A DNA stretch of 64,000 nt from Actinomycetes bacterium (GTDB lineage: Bacteria; Actinomycetota; Acidimicrobiia; Acidimicrobiales; CADCSY01): assembly GCA_031398745.1 (NCBI GenBank), contig JANNNX010000074.1:8740-72739 (forward strand), read 5' to 3'. Below, piece after piece: positions 45,970-56,628 of the stretch. Numbering within the stretch: position 1 is the first letter of the stretch; each line of letters begins with the position of its first letter. The notes under the pieces were generated by a model. The model did not search any database. It was not told the DNA's origin and worked only from the letters and a program-made list of their open reading frames with translations. The position numbers were made by a program, and so were the translations under genes.

Positions 45970-46417
45970 CCAGGGCCTGGCGCAGCTTGGTCGGGGTGTC
46001 CTTCGGCGAGATCTTGTACCAGGCCTGCTCGATCCGGCCGGCCGCGTCGACGAGGAAGGCGGAGCGGATGATGCCCATGTACTTGCGCCCGTACATCGAG
46101 CGCTCGCCCCACACCCCGAAGGCCTCGGCCACCGAGTGGTCGGGGTCGGACAGCAGCGGGAAGCCGAGGCCGTACTTGGCGTCGAACTTCGCCTGCTTGT
46201 CGGGCAGGTCGGGGCTGATGCCGAGCACCACCGTGTCGCCGATGGCCTCGAGGGAGTCCCGCAGGCCGCACGCCTGGGTCGTGCACCCCGGCGTGTCGGC
46301 CTTCGGGTAGAAGTAGACGAGGACCTTGTGGCCAGCCTGGGCCCCCAACGAGACCGGGTTCCCTCCCTGGTCGAGAAGGGTGAAGTCGGGCGCGTTGTCC
46401 CCTGGATCGAGCGGCAT
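45962..46417 (-). CDS. bcp: Thioredoxin-dependent peroxiredoxin Bcp
   Basis: The ATG is at 46417. The 151-aa protein has APDFTLLDQGGNPVSL, VLVYFYPKADTPGCTTQAC (peroxidatic Cys), and GISPD. There is no obvious Shine-Dalgarno sequence. A TATCGT hexamer lies 6 nt upstream of the ATG, so the transcript may be leaderless. Confidence 0.9.
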   Translation of the reverse strand: MPLDPGDNAPDFTLLDQGGNPVSLGAQAGHKVLVYFYPKADTPGCTTQACGLRDSLEAIGDTVVLGISPDLPDKQAKFDAKYGLGFPLLSDPDHSVAEAFGVWGERSMYGRKYMGIIRSAFLVDAAGRIEQAWYKISPKDTPTKLRQALGV

Positions 46418-46643
46418 GCCTGGACGATAGGCCGCGCCATGGTGGGGGGGACGCGACTCGAGCGGGTCAAGGGGGCGCGGGCACCCGAGCGGTCGGGCCA
46501 TCGAGCTTCCGAGCATGTCCCCAGGTCCGGGACAGTGGCCGCACGGACTTCGTGCGTTCCTCGTCGCAGAAACGAGAGCGTCAGGCGGTTGTCCCAGACC
46601 GGAGGGTGGGGCGGCCGTAGCGTCCTGGCACTCGGGACCGGGG

Positions 46644-47927
46644 CTACGGCGGGGGTGGCGTTGAACCGGGGGGACGGGACGGGATCGGTGACGTCGCCCG
46701 CTGGCGCACGACGACGAGCGCACGCTGGCGCTCGAGCAGCCCCCGTTCGGCACCGTTGGTGGTTCGGGCCAGGGCGTCGTCGTAGGCGGCCAGAGACTCC
46801 TCGATTCGACCGAGACGCTGCAGCAGGTCGGCCCGAGCCGCATGGAACAGGTGGTAGCCGTCGAGCGCGTCGATCTCGTCCAGCGCGGCGAGCGCCAGGC
46901 CAGGACCGTCCCGCTCGGCCAGGGCGATGGCTCGGTTGAGGGCCACCACCGGCGACGGCATCCGGGCCACCAGCTGGTCGTAGAGGGCGACGATCTGGAA
47001 CCAATCGGTGTCCTCGGCTCGCCGGGCGTCGCTGTGGACCGCGGCGATGGCCGCCTGGAGCTGGTACGGGCCCGGCTGGTTGCGCCGGAGACAGGAACGC
47101 ACGATGGCGTGGCCCTCGGCGATCATCTCCTCGTCCCATGTGGTTCGGTCCTGGTCGGCGAGGCGCACCAGCCGGCCCTCGGGGTCGGTGCGCGCCCCCC
47201 GCCGCGCCTCGGTCAGCAGCAGCAAGGCCAGCAGCCCATGGGTCTCCGCCTCGTCGGGCATCAGCTCGACCAGGAGGCGGGCCAGGCGCACCCCCTCGGC
47301 GCACAACTCGCCCCGGATCAGCTCGTCGCCCCCCGAGGCCAGATACCCCTCGTTGAACACCAGGTAGACGACGGCCAGGACCGGGCGGAGCCGGTCGGGC
47401 AGTTCGGCATCCGACGGGATCCGGTAGGCGATGTTGGCCGCCCGGATCTTGTGCTTGGCCCGGACCAGGCGCTGGGCCATGGTCGACTCGGGGACGAGGA
47501 AGGCCCGGGCGATCTCGGGCGTCTGCAGCCCGGCGATGAGCCGCAGGGTCAGCGCCACCTGGGCCTGGGGAGAGAGCGCCGGGTGGCAGCACGTGAAGAT
47601 GAGGCGGAGCTGGTCGTCGCGCACGGGGCCGGTCTCGGTGGGCTCGTCGGGGGCGTGCAGGCGGGTGGCCTCGGCCTGGCGATGGCCGCGGGTGGACTCT
47701 CGGCGGATCCGGTCGATCCCTCGGTTGCGAGCGGTGGTGATGATCCAGCCGGCGGGGCTGGGTGGCAGGCCGCTCGTCGGCCACCGCTCCAGCGCCACCA
47801 CGAAGGCGTCCTGGACCGCCTCCTCGGCCCGATCGATGTCGCCGAGGACGCGGACCAGGCTCGCCACCGCTCGCCCCGACTCGGCCCGGAAGACCCGCTC
47901 GATGTCGGGACGGTCCACGTCGGGCAC
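46644..47927 (-). CDS. ECF sigma factor with a long TPR-like C-terminal extension (ECF42-type architecture)
   Basis: 427 aa with a GTG start. Region 2 reads [16 protein letters not shown]...[19 protein letters not shown]. Region 4 reads [25 protein letters not shown]. About 230 aa of helical repeats follow (VYLVFNEGY...[10 protein letters not shown]...[11 protein letters not shown]). It is paired with a YciI-like gene 8 nt upstream. Confidence 0.85.
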   Translation of the reverse strand: MPDVDRPDIERVFRAESGRAVASLVRVLGDIDRAEEAVQDAFVVALERWPTSGLPPSPAGWIITTARNRGIDRIRRESTRGHRQAEATRLHAPDEPTETGPVRDDQLRLIFTCCHPALSPQAQVALTLRLIAGLQTPEIARAFLVPESTMAQRLVRAKHKIRAANIAYRIPSDAELPDRLRPVLAVVYLVFNEGYLASGGDELIRGELCAEGVRLARLLVELMPDEAETHGLLALLLLTEARRGARTDPEGRLVRLADQDRTTWDEEMIAEGHAIVRSCLRRNQPGPYQLQAAIAAVHSDARRAEDTDWFQIVALYDQLVARMPSPVVALNRAIALAERDGPGLALAALDEIDALDGYHLFHAARADLLQRLGRIEESLAAYDDALARTTNGAERGLLERQRALVVVRQRATSPIPSRPPGSTPPPP

Positions 47928-47935
47928 GTTGCCGC

Positions 47936-48295
47936 TCAGGCGGCCGGCTCGTCCTGGAAGGGGCGCACCTCGACGGGGTTGCCGCAGGCCGCGCTGCCCT
48001 CGGCGGCCAACGTGAGGGCGGCATCGAGATCAGGGGCCTCGATGATCCAGAAGCCGCCGAGCTGCTCCTTGGCCTCGGCAAAGGGGCCGTCGGTGACGAC
48101 GACATCGGCGCGGGTGGCGTCGACCACGGTGGCCGTGTCGGCCGGCTGGAGCCCCCCACCGAACACCCAGATGCCCAGCTCCATGAGCTTGGTGTTGAAC
48201 CGGTCGACAGCCGCGAACGCCTGCTGCATCTCCTCGTCGGAGGCATAGGGGTTCTCGCCGGCGACGTCGTGGACGGCGAGCAGGTACTGGGTCAT
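47936..48295 (-). CDS. YciI-like (DGPF domain) protein
   Basis: The ATG at 48295 is preceded by AAGGAGG. The 119-aa protein reads [10 protein letters not shown]...[29 protein letters not shown]..., which has the DGPF motif. Confidence 0.85.
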   Translation of the reverse strand: MTQYLLAVHDVAGENPYASDEEMQQAFAAVDRFNTKLMELGIWVFGGGLQPADTATVVDATRADVVVTDGPFAEAKEQLGGFWIIEAPDLDAALTLAAEGSAACGNPVEVRPFQDEPAA

Positions 48296-48344
48296 GGCAG
48301 TCCTCCTTGTGGCGGGCCCGGCATCGGTGCCGGGCGCACCTCCC

Positions 48345-48372
48345 AAACGAACGGGGCGACCCCCAATCGACA
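48345..48372 (-). promoter_or_regulatory. Candidate ECF42-type promoter upstream of the yciI-sigma operon
   Basis: The minus strand reads TGTCGA (48372-48367), a 16-nt spacer, then TCGTTT (48350-48345), about 50 nt upstream of the yciI ATG. It matches my uncertain recollection of the published ECF42 -35 TGTCGA / -10 CG(A/T)C-like motif. This is not verified. Confidence 0.25.
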
Positions 48373-48433
48373 ACTCTGGTCGAGATCTTCGCGAACGGCG
48401 GCCGGCACCCCGCTGCCTAACCTGTGCCGCCCC

Positions 48434-49291
48434 ATGGCCATCGTTCTCGGACTGTTGGTGTCGATCGGCTACGGGTCGGCCGACTTCGTGGGCGGACTGG
48501 CGGCCCGCCGCAACGACGTCCTCGGGATCGTGATCCGAGCGCAATTGGTCGGCGCGGTCGCCGTGCCGGTGCTGGCCCTGGCCGTGGGACGGTCCAGCCC
48601 GAGCGCGGTCGACCTCCTCCATGGCGCGGGCGCCGGCCTGGCCGGACTCGTCGGGCTGACCTTCCTGTTCCAGGGGTTGGCCTCGGGGACGATGGGCGTG
48701 GTGGCCCCCGTCACCGGTGTCGGGACGGCCACCGTGCCGGTGGTGGTCGGGCTGCTCGGCGGCGAACGGCCCAGCGGGCTCACCCTGCTCGGGGTGGCAG
48801 TTGCCCTGGTGGCCATCGTCCTGGTGGCCCTCGAGCCCTCCGCACCGGGGTCCCCGGGCGTGACCGTCGGCCAGGTGGCCCGGGCGCTGGTGGCCGGCGG
48901 GGGCTTCGGGGTGGCCTACGCCCTCATCGGCACCATCAGCCACGAGGCCGGGATGTGGCCCCTGGTGGCCCAACGGCTCACCACCCTGGTACTGGCCGTG
49001 AGCCTGTCGCTCGCCACGCTGGGTCTCGGCGGCACTCGCCGCCGGGTCGCGATGGCTCCGGGCACCGGGTGGATGCCGACGGCCAACGGGACCTTGGAGG
49101 TGGCCACCCTGTCGACCTACGTGGTGGCCACCGACCTCGGGTTGCTGTCGGTGGTCGGCCCCCTCGCCTCGCTCTACCCTGGCGCCACGGTGGTGCTGGC
49201 CCGCCTGGTCCTCGACGAGCGCCTGTCCCGGACCCAGGTGGTCGGCCTCGCCGTCACCGCGGTGGGCGTGGCTCTGATCGCCGCCGGCTGA
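48434..49291 (+). CDS. EamA/DMT-family membrane transporter
   Basis: The ATG is at 48434 (MAIVLGLLVSIGYGSADFVGG). The 285-aa protein has about 10 hydrophobic helices. The long upstream part of track ORF 47762..49291 is antisense junk. Confidence 0.75.
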   Translation: MAIVLGLLVSIGYGSADFVGGLAARRNDVLGIVIRAQLVGAVAVPVLALAVGRSSPSAVDLLHGAGAGLAGLVGLTFLFQGLASGTMGVVAPVTGVGTATVPVVVGLLGGERPSGLTLLGVAVALVAIVLVALEPSAPGSPGVTVGQVARALVAGGGFGVAYALIGTISHEAGMWPLVAQRLTTLVLAVSLSLATLGLGGTRRRVAMAPGTGWMPTANGTLEVATLSTYVVATDLGLLSVVGPLASLYPGATVVLARLVLDERLSRTQVVGLAVTAVGVALIAAG

Positions 49292-49305
49292 CCCGCCGTC
49301 CCCGA

Positions 49306-50096
49306 TCAGGCGTCGTCGAGCGCGGCCCGGATCGACGACACGAAGTCGGTCGCCTCGTCGGGTCCGCCGCCGTCGAGCAGCCGGCGCATGAGCGCCGAGC
49401 CGATGATCACCCCGTCGGCCGCCCTCGAGGCCTCGACCGCCTGCTCGGGCGTGGAGATGCCGATCCCGAGCAGCACCGGGGTGTCGGTCATCGCCTTGAT
49501 GCGGCCCGCGATGCCGGCCGCGCTGGCCGCCAGCGACGTCCGCTCGCCGGTCGTCCCCATCAGCGACACCCCGTAGACGAAGCCCCGCGACCGCTCGACG
49601 ATGCGGGCCAGCCGGTCGTCGGGGGTCACCGGAGCGGCCAGCAGTACCGTCTCGATCCCGGCCGCGGCGGCCTCCGACTCCCAGCGCTCCGACTCCTCCA
49701 GCGGGAGGTCGGGGACGATCGCCCCCGCGATCCCGGCGGCGGCCAGGGACTGGGCGAATCGCCGCTCACCGGCCCGGACGACCAGGTTGCAGTAGGTCAT
49801 GGCCACCAGCGGGACCCCGACGTCGGCCCGCCCGAGGTCGTCGAGCAGCGACGTCGGGGTGACCCCCCGGTCCAGGGCAATGGCCGACGCCTCCTGGATG
49901 GTCGGGCCGTCCATCACCGGATCCGAGAACGGGATCCCCACCTCGACCGCGTCGGCCCCAGCGTGGGCCACGGCGTTCAGCACGTCGACCCACTCCTCGC
50001 AGAACCCACCGGTCACATAGGGCACCAGCAGCGTGCGGCCGGCGTCGCGGGCTGCCCGCAGGGCCGACTCGAGGGGGCCGAAGGTCCGGGAGTGGG

Positions 50097-50100
<4 letters not shown>
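49306..50100 (-). CDS. trpA: Tryptophan synthase alpha chain
   Basis: The ATG at 50100 overlaps the trpB stop (ATGA). The protein has [38 protein letters not shown], and [13 protein letters not shown]. Confidence 0.93.
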
Positions 50101-51256
<1,156 letters not shown>

Positions 51257-51260
<4 letters not shown>

Positions 51261-52399
51261 CCTGGCGCCCCGACGGGCCGGCCCGAGACCCCGGCACCGT
51301 CGTCGACACGGGTGGCTCGGATCACGACCCCGAACGATACGAGGGCGGTGGCCACCAGCACCGAGTTGCGGACGGCGATGACCTCCATGAAGGTCGACCA
51401 CCCGCCGGCATGAGCCAGCACGGTCAGCACCACCATCGCCAGGTGGGCGACGAACCACCGTCCGCCCAAGACTGCGGCCAATGGGGCGCCGAGGACCATG
51501 AACTGCGGGCTCAGCACCTTCGATCCGCACAGGACCAGGAGGAGGACGCTGTAGGCACAGAGCCACGGCAGCCGGGCACCGACCCCCCGGCGGCGGGCGC
51601 ACCAGCACACGGCGGCGACCAGCACGGCGAACGTCGCCACGGTGACGCTCGCCCATGGGCCGGCGCCGTCGAGCTCGGTCGCCCGGAAGCGGTAGGTGTA
51701 AGAGGAGGGTTCGCCGGTGACCCCGTTGGCCACCCAGCCCAACGTTGCCGGGACCGACTCGAACTGCACCCCCCGCTCGAGGTGGTAGCCGATCCAGGTG
51801 TCCTCGGCCGGGGCCAGCGCCAGAGGCACAGCCAGGACGACCAGCGTCACCACCAGCGCCCCGGCCTGGACCGGGCGTCCGACGTCGGCCCACCCCCACG
51901 CCACCCCTGGGAAGAGCTTGAGCGCCGATCCCGCGGCGGCCAGCCACCAGCCCCGGGCTCGACCGGCGGCCAAAGCGGCAGTCGAGCCGGCGATGGCGGC
52001 CATGGCGAAGACGTCGAAGCCGCCCGAGAGGAGCGGGAAGAGGACGACCGAAGCCAGCACGTAGCGCCAGAACGCGCCCTCCCGATCCACCCGCCACAGG
52101 AGCCAGAGCACGACCGCCTCCACTGCCACCGCCTGCAGGGCGAGCACCGAGTTGGCCCAGCCCTGCGGCACCGCCCCCGGGAGCAGGAACGCGACCAAGG
52201 CGCCGGGCGGGTACTCGAAGGCCAGGTCGCGGTAGGGGACGACGCCCTGCCAGAGGGCGCGGCCCACCGCCCACGGATCGACCGGGTCGAGCACGTCGAA
52301 TGGGCGAGCCACGAACACCACGTGGACCACCACGAAGAGCACCACCAGCACCCGCCGACGCCGGGTCTGCGCGGCCCGGTCCTCTTCGGCCGAGGTCAC
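51257..52399 (-). CDS. Polytopic membrane protein with a GT87/DUF2029-like signature (GT-C fold), embedded in the trp operon
   Basis: 380 aa with about 9-10 hydrophobic helices. The first loop reads [28 protein letters not shown]. It resembles the xYxDFxxxYPPxxxLL motif I associate with polyprenol-phosphate-mannose-dependent GT87-family proteins. There are 4-nt overlaps with trpF upstream and trpB downstream. Confidence 0.6.
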
Positions 52400-53010
52400 C
52401 CTCGGCCGCTCCGGGCGGCGGTGAGGAAGGCCCGGAGCTTGCGGGGGTCTTTGTGGCCGGGCGAGGCCTCGACGCCCGTCGACACGTCGACCCCCCAGGG
52501 GTGCACGGCGGCGATGGCATCGGCCACGTTGGTGGGGTCGAGCCCTCCGGCGAGCACCAAGTGCAGGCCGAGGGGCACGTCCTCGGCGCGCGACCAGTCG
52601 AACACCTTCCCCGAGCCGGGCTGCACGTTGTCGAGCAGTACCGCGTCGGCCTTGTGGTCGGCGGCATGGGCCACCGCCGGGTCGCCGGCGGCGAAGGCCT
52701 TGAACACCGTCCCCACCCGCTCCCGTACCCAGACGGTGTCCTCGGGTGGCTCGTGGCCGTGGAGCTGGGCGGCCCCGAGGCCCGCGGTGTGGACCAGCTC
52801 GACGACCCGCTCGGGGGCCTCGTCGCGGAAGACGCCGACGGTGAGCACCCCGGCCGGAAGTTGGCGGACGATGTCCCGCACGTGCAGCGGCGCCACCTGA
52901 CGGGTCGAGGGGGCGAACACGAAGCCGACGGCGTCGGCCCCCAAGGCGACCGCCAGCAGGGCATCCTCCTCGGAGGTGATGCCGCAGATCTTCACGAACA
53001 CGTCAGCCAC
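52396..53010 (-). CDS. trpF: Phosphoribosylanthranilate isomerase
   Basis: 204 aa. It has [35 protein letters not shown]...[13 protein letters not shown], and GVDVSTGVE. Confidence 0.88.
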   Translation of the reverse strand: MADVFVKICGITSEEDALLAVALGADAVGFVFAPSTRQVAPLHVRDIVRQLPAGVLTVGVFRDEAPERVVELVHTAGLGAAQLHGHEPPEDTVWVRERVGTVFKAFAAGDPAVAHAADHKADAVLLDNVQPGSGKVFDWSRAEDVPLGLHLVLAGGLDPTNVADAIAAVHPWGVDVSTGVEASPGHKDPRKLRAFLTAARSGRG

Positions 53011-53800
53011 CGGCGCCCGAGGCCCGCAGCTCTCCGACCGCCCCCGACGGGTCGTCGCTGGTCACCAGGGTCTCCCCCACCAGCAGGGCGTGGTAGCCGG
53101 CTCGGGCCAGCAGCTCGGCGTCGTGGGCGTCACGGATGCCCGACTCGGCCACCCACACCGCGCCCGCCGGCAACCGGGTGGCGAGCGCCAGGGCCCGATC
53201 GCGGTGGACCTCGAAGGTGCTCAGGTCTCGCTGGTTCACCCCGATCAGTCCGGCCCCGATGGCGTCGGCCCGCTCCAGCTCGTCCTCGTCGTGGACCTCG
53301 ACCAGCGCCGCGAGCTGCAACTCGGCCGCCAACGCGGCGAAGTCGGTGAGCTCGGCGTCGTCGAGCGCGGCGACGATGAGCAGCACCGCGTCGGCACCCA
53401 TGAGCCGCGCATCGGCCACGTCGCGGGCATCGACGGTGAAGTCCTTACGCAACACCGGGAGGTGACAGGCCCCCCGAGCGGCCTGGAGGTCGGCCACCGA
53501 ACCGCCGAAGTGGTCGACGTCGGTCAGCACCGACAGGCACGACGCCCCGCCGGCCTGGTACGAGCGGGCCAGGGCGGCCGGATCGAGACCCAGGGCCAGG
53601 GGCCCTCGCGACGGCGAGCGCCGCTTGACCTCGGCGATGACCGCGATCCCCTCGTCCCGGGCGCCGGCCCGCAGCGCCGCCGCGAAGTCGCGGGGCGGGG
53701 GCATCGCCGACGCCTCGGCCACCAGGGCGTCGAGCGATCGGGAGTCGTCGGCGGCGGCCATCCGGTGATCGTCGACGATCCCGTCGAGGTAGGTCGCCAT
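53003..53800 (-). CDS. trpC: Indole-3-glycerol-phosphate synthase
   Basis: 265 aa. It has IAEVKRRSPSRG, LSVLTD, FGGS, PVLRKDF, EVH, GVNQRDL and ESGI. Confidence 0.93.
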   Translation of the reverse strand: MATYLDGIVDDHRMAAADDSRSLDALVAEASAMPPPRDFAAALRAGARDEGIAVIAEVKRRSPSRGPLALGLDPAALARSYQAGGASCLSVLTDVDHFGGSVADLQAARGACHLPVLRKDFTVDARDVADARLMGADAVLLIVAALDDAELTDFAALAAELQLAALVEVHDEDELERADAIGAGLIGVNQRDLSTFEVHRDRALALATRLPAGAVWVAESGIRDAHDAELLARAGYHALLVGETLVTSDDPSGAVGELRASGAGG

Positions 53801-53839
53801 CGCCGGATGCTACCGGCGTGGCTAGGGCCCTCCCGGGCT

Positions 53840-54355
53840 TCAGCCCTCGTCGCGACGGGCGTCGCCGAGGGCCACCAGCGCGGTGGCGGCCACGCCGAAA
53901 GCGGCCACGAACAGGGCCAGGAGACCGGCGGACACCAGGCCGCGGGACGACAGGGCCAGCCCCATCAGCCACGCGGCCAGGCCCACCCCGGCCACCCCGA
54001 GGGGAACGAAGGATCCGAGCCGGAAGCGGGCCACTTGGCCCGCCGGTCGCGTCCGGTAGGGCAGGTCGGGGAACTGCTCGCGGGGATCGTCGTCTTCCCC
54101 GCTGTCGTCGAAGGCCTGGAAGGGCCGGGGCGGGGCGGGCGCGAGCTGGTCGTCGTAGCGGGCCCGACGATCGGCGTCGCCGAGCACTCGCCACGCCTCG
54201 TTCACCGCCCGCATGGCGTCCTCGTGCGCCTGCATGTCCCGGTCCGATCCACCCACCGCGTCGGGGTGGTGACGACGGGCCAGCTCGAGGTAGGCCCGTC
54301 GGATCTCCGCCGTCGAGGCGCTGCGGTCCGTGCCCAGCACCTCGTAGTGGGTCAT
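53840..54355 (-). CDS. J-domain (DnaJ-like) protein with two C-terminal transmembrane helices
   Basis: 171 aa. The J-domain is THYEVLGTDRSASTAEIRRAYLELARRHHPD (HPD motif). An acidic/Pro linker and two hydrophobic helices follow. It lies 39 nt upstream of trpC on the same strand. Confidence 0.8.
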   Translation of the reverse strand: MTHYEVLGTDRSASTAEIRRAYLELARRHHPDAVGGSDRDMQAHEDAMRAVNEAWRVLGDADRRARYDDQLAPAPPRPFQAFDDSGEDDDPREQFPDLPYRTRPAGQVARFRLGSFVPLGVAGVGLAAWLMGLALSSRGLVSAGLLALFVAAFGVAATALVALGDARRDEG

Positions 54356-54414
54356 CCCTGGAGCCTAGGAGCGACCTCCGGGGCGGGCCGCCGTGGTGGT
54401 GCCACCATGGGCGG

Positions 54415-55098
54415 ATGAGCGATGCCGGCACCATCGTCGTCGTCGAGGACGATCCCGACATCGCCGGCCTGCTCGACCTGTACCTCCGTCAGGCCGGGTT
54501 CCGGGTCCTGCAGACCGCCGATGGCGAGCGGGCGCTCGAGCTGGTGGCCGAGCACCGCCCGCGCCTGGTGGTGCTCGACCTCGGCCTTCCCGGCCCGCTC
54601 GACGGCCTCGATGTCTGCAAGCGGCTGCGGGCCTCGGGCCCCTCGGCTGCCACCCCTGTCCTGGTGGTGACCGCTCGGGGCGACGAGATCGACCGTGTCC
54701 TCGGCTTCGAGCTGGGGGCCGACGACTACGTCACCAAGCCCTTCTCGCCCCGGGAGGTGGTGGCCCGGATCAAGGCGATCCTTCGCCGGGCCGACGGACG
54801 GTCGGGCGAGGCCGCGGTGCGCCAGGTCGGGACCGTCACGATCGACCTCGGCCGCCGCGAGGTCCGGGTCGACGAGCGGGCGGTCGAGCTGACCACCCGG
54901 GAGTTCGACCTGCTGTCGCACCTGGCCGAGCACGAGGGCTTGGTGCTCTCCCGCCGCCAGCTCCTCGACGGCGCCTGGGGCACGGGGTGGGTGGGTGACG
55001 AGCGGACAGTCGACGTCCACGTGGGCCAGCTCCGCAAGAAGCTCGGCGAGGCGCTGCCGCTGGCCACCGTGTGGGGCGTCGGCTACCGCCTCGGCTGA
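54415..55098 (+). CDS. OmpR/PhoB-family response regulator
   Basis: The ATG is at 54415. The protein reads IVVVEDDPDIAGLL...VVLDLGLPG...DDYVTKPFSPREVVARI. The winged-helix output reads LTTREFDLLSHLAEHEGLVLSRRQLL...VDVHVGQLRKKL...VWGVGYRL. Confidence 0.9.
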   Translation: MSDAGTIVVVEDDPDIAGLLDLYLRQAGFRVLQTADGERALELVAEHRPRLVVLDLGLPGPLDGLDVCKRLRASGPSAATPVLVVTARGDEIDRVLGFELGADDYVTKPFSPREVVARIKAILRRADGRSGEAAVRQVGTVTIDLGRREVRVDERAVELTTREFDLLSHLAEHEGLVLSRRQLLDGAWGTGWVGDERTVDVHVGQLRKKLGEALPLATVWGVGYRLG

Positions 55099-55109
55099 GC
55101 CACTCCGCC

Positions 55110-56489
55110 ATGACCCGACGCCTCACCGTCGCCCTGGTCGCCACCGCCGCGCTCGCCCTCCTGCTGGCCGGGGTGGGGACGTTGGTGCTCGCCGGGATCG
55201 GGGCCCGCCAGGCCACCGAGGCCGATCTCCGCAGTCAGGCCGGGCAGCTCCGGGACGAGGTGGTCGAGGTGGCGGATGACCAGGGGCGGGTGTCCGACAG
55301 CCGGCTCGACCGCCTCCGCCGCCTGGCCGACCTCGAGGGCCTGGGTCTGCAGGTCCGCGGACCGGCGGGGGCGATCGTGGTCGACGGCCTGCCCGAGGTC
55401 GTCCCACTCGCGGCGCTCGATCTCGAGCGCCTGCAGGCGGGCGAGGTCGTTTCCGGCTGGGACGGCCGCACCGCCTGGGCGGCCAGCGGCACCACCTTCG
55501 AGTGCGGACGATCGAGCAGCGCGGCGGGCCCCTGCGTCGCCGTTGTGGGCGTGACCGACTCGCTCGACCTGTTCCTCGGTCAGGGTGTGCGGTGGTTCCT
55601 CCTGGCGTCGGTGGCCGTGCTGGCGCTGGCGGTACTGGTCGGCCGCCGTCTCGCCCGGCGCTTGACCGCTCCTCTCCAAGCGACCGAGCGGGCCACCCGG
55701 CGCCTGGCGGCCGGCGACCTGGCCGCTCGGGTGACGAGCACCGACGGCGACGACGAGGTGTCGTCGCTGGCTCGCTCGGTCAACGCCCTGGCCGAGGCCC
55801 TCGAGCAGGCGCGATCCGCCGAGCGCCAGTTCCTGCTGTCGGTGTCCCACGACTTGCGCACGCCCCTGACCTCCATCCGGGGGTACGCCGAGGCCCTGGT
55901 CGACGGCACCGAACCCGACGGGGCCTCGGCCGGACGGGTGATCGGCGGTCAGGCGGCCCGACTCGAGCGCCTGGTCACCGATCTCCTCGACCTCGGGAGC
56001 CTGGACGCCGGCGGGTTCGCCCTGGCCACCGAGAGGACCGACGTGGTGGTCGTCGTGGCCGAGGTCGTAGAGGCGCTGGGCCCGGCCGCGGCCGGTGCGG
56101 AGGTGCGGGTGCGGCTCGAGTCGGCGGGCCCGGCCGTCGCCCTGGCCGACCCCCAGCGGCTCGCTCAGGTCGTCGCCAACCTGACCGACAACGCCCTCAA
56201 GCACGCTCGGGCCACGGTCGTGGTCTCGGTCGGCGTCGACGGATCGGGGGTGCGCATCGACGTCGACGACGACGGTGCCGGCATCGACCCAGCCGACCGG
56301 GATCGGGTCTTCGATCGGCTCTGGACCTCCGACCGGCGCCAGGCCCGACCCGGGGCCGGGACTGGCCTCGGACTGGCCATCGCCCGGGAGCTGGTCGTTG
56401 CCATGGGTGGTTCGGTGGCGGTGACGGCGTCGCCGGCCGGCGGGGCCCGCCTCAGCGTCACCCTGCCCGGCGCACCGACGGCTCGCTGA
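55110..56489 (+). CDS. Sensor histidine kinase (2 TM, HAMP, HisKA, HATPase_c)
   Basis: The ATG is at 55110 (MTRRLTVALVATAALALLLAG). It has a HAMP domain (RLTAPLQATERATRRLAAGDL), the H-box FLLSVSHDLRTPLTSIRGY, an N-box DNALKHA, a G1 box DDDGAGI, and a G2 box GTGLGLAI. Confidence 0.88.
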   Translation: MTRRLTVALVATAALALLLAGVGTLVLAGIGARQATEADLRSQAGQLRDEVVEVADDQGRVSDSRLDRLRRLADLEGLGLQVRGPAGAIVVDGLPEVVPLAALDLERLQAGEVVSGWDGRTAWAASGTTFECGRSSSAAGPCVAVVGVTDSLDLFLGQGVRWFLLASVAVLALAVLVGRRLARRLTAPLQATERATRRLAAGDLAARVTSTDGDDEVSSLARSVNALAEALEQARSAERQFLLSVSHDLRTPLTSIRGYAEALVDGTEPDGASAGRVIGGQAARLERLVTDLLDLGSLDAGGFALATERTDVVVVVAEVVEALGPAAAGAEVRVRLESAGPAVALADPQRLAQVVANLTDNALKHARATVVVSVGVDGSGVRIDVDDDGAGIDPADRDRVFDRLWTSDRRQARPGAGTGLGLAIARELVVAMGGSVAVTASPAGGARLSVTLPGAPTAR

Positions 56490-56628
56490 GCGGCCGCGGT
56501 CCGCGTGCCGTGCGTCACCTTCGGGTGGCGCTGGGCCCACGCTGGATATCGTCGGCTCGCTCCGGCGTGGGCGGGATCCAGACCCGCCACCCTCGAGGCA
56601 CGCTCGCCTTCCACCGCACGGGGACCCG

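Noticed and set aside
46418-46643. The 226-nt structured spacer between the sigma gene and bcp as a riboswitch or small RNA.
   Set aside because: Several short hairpins are visible, including a 7-bp stem right after the sigma stop that is probably its terminator. I cannot match the region to any riboswitch class I know. It needs a covariance-model (Rfam) scan.
45970-48246. The 912-aa track ORF 45508..48246(-) looks like a giant protein spanning fabZ, bcp, the sigma factor and yciI.
   Set aside because: Only the last 153 codons (fabZ) look coding. Upstream, the frame runs out of phase through bcp, the sigma gene and yciI, each of which has clear motifs in its own frame. The upstream translation is Pro/Arg/Gly junk.
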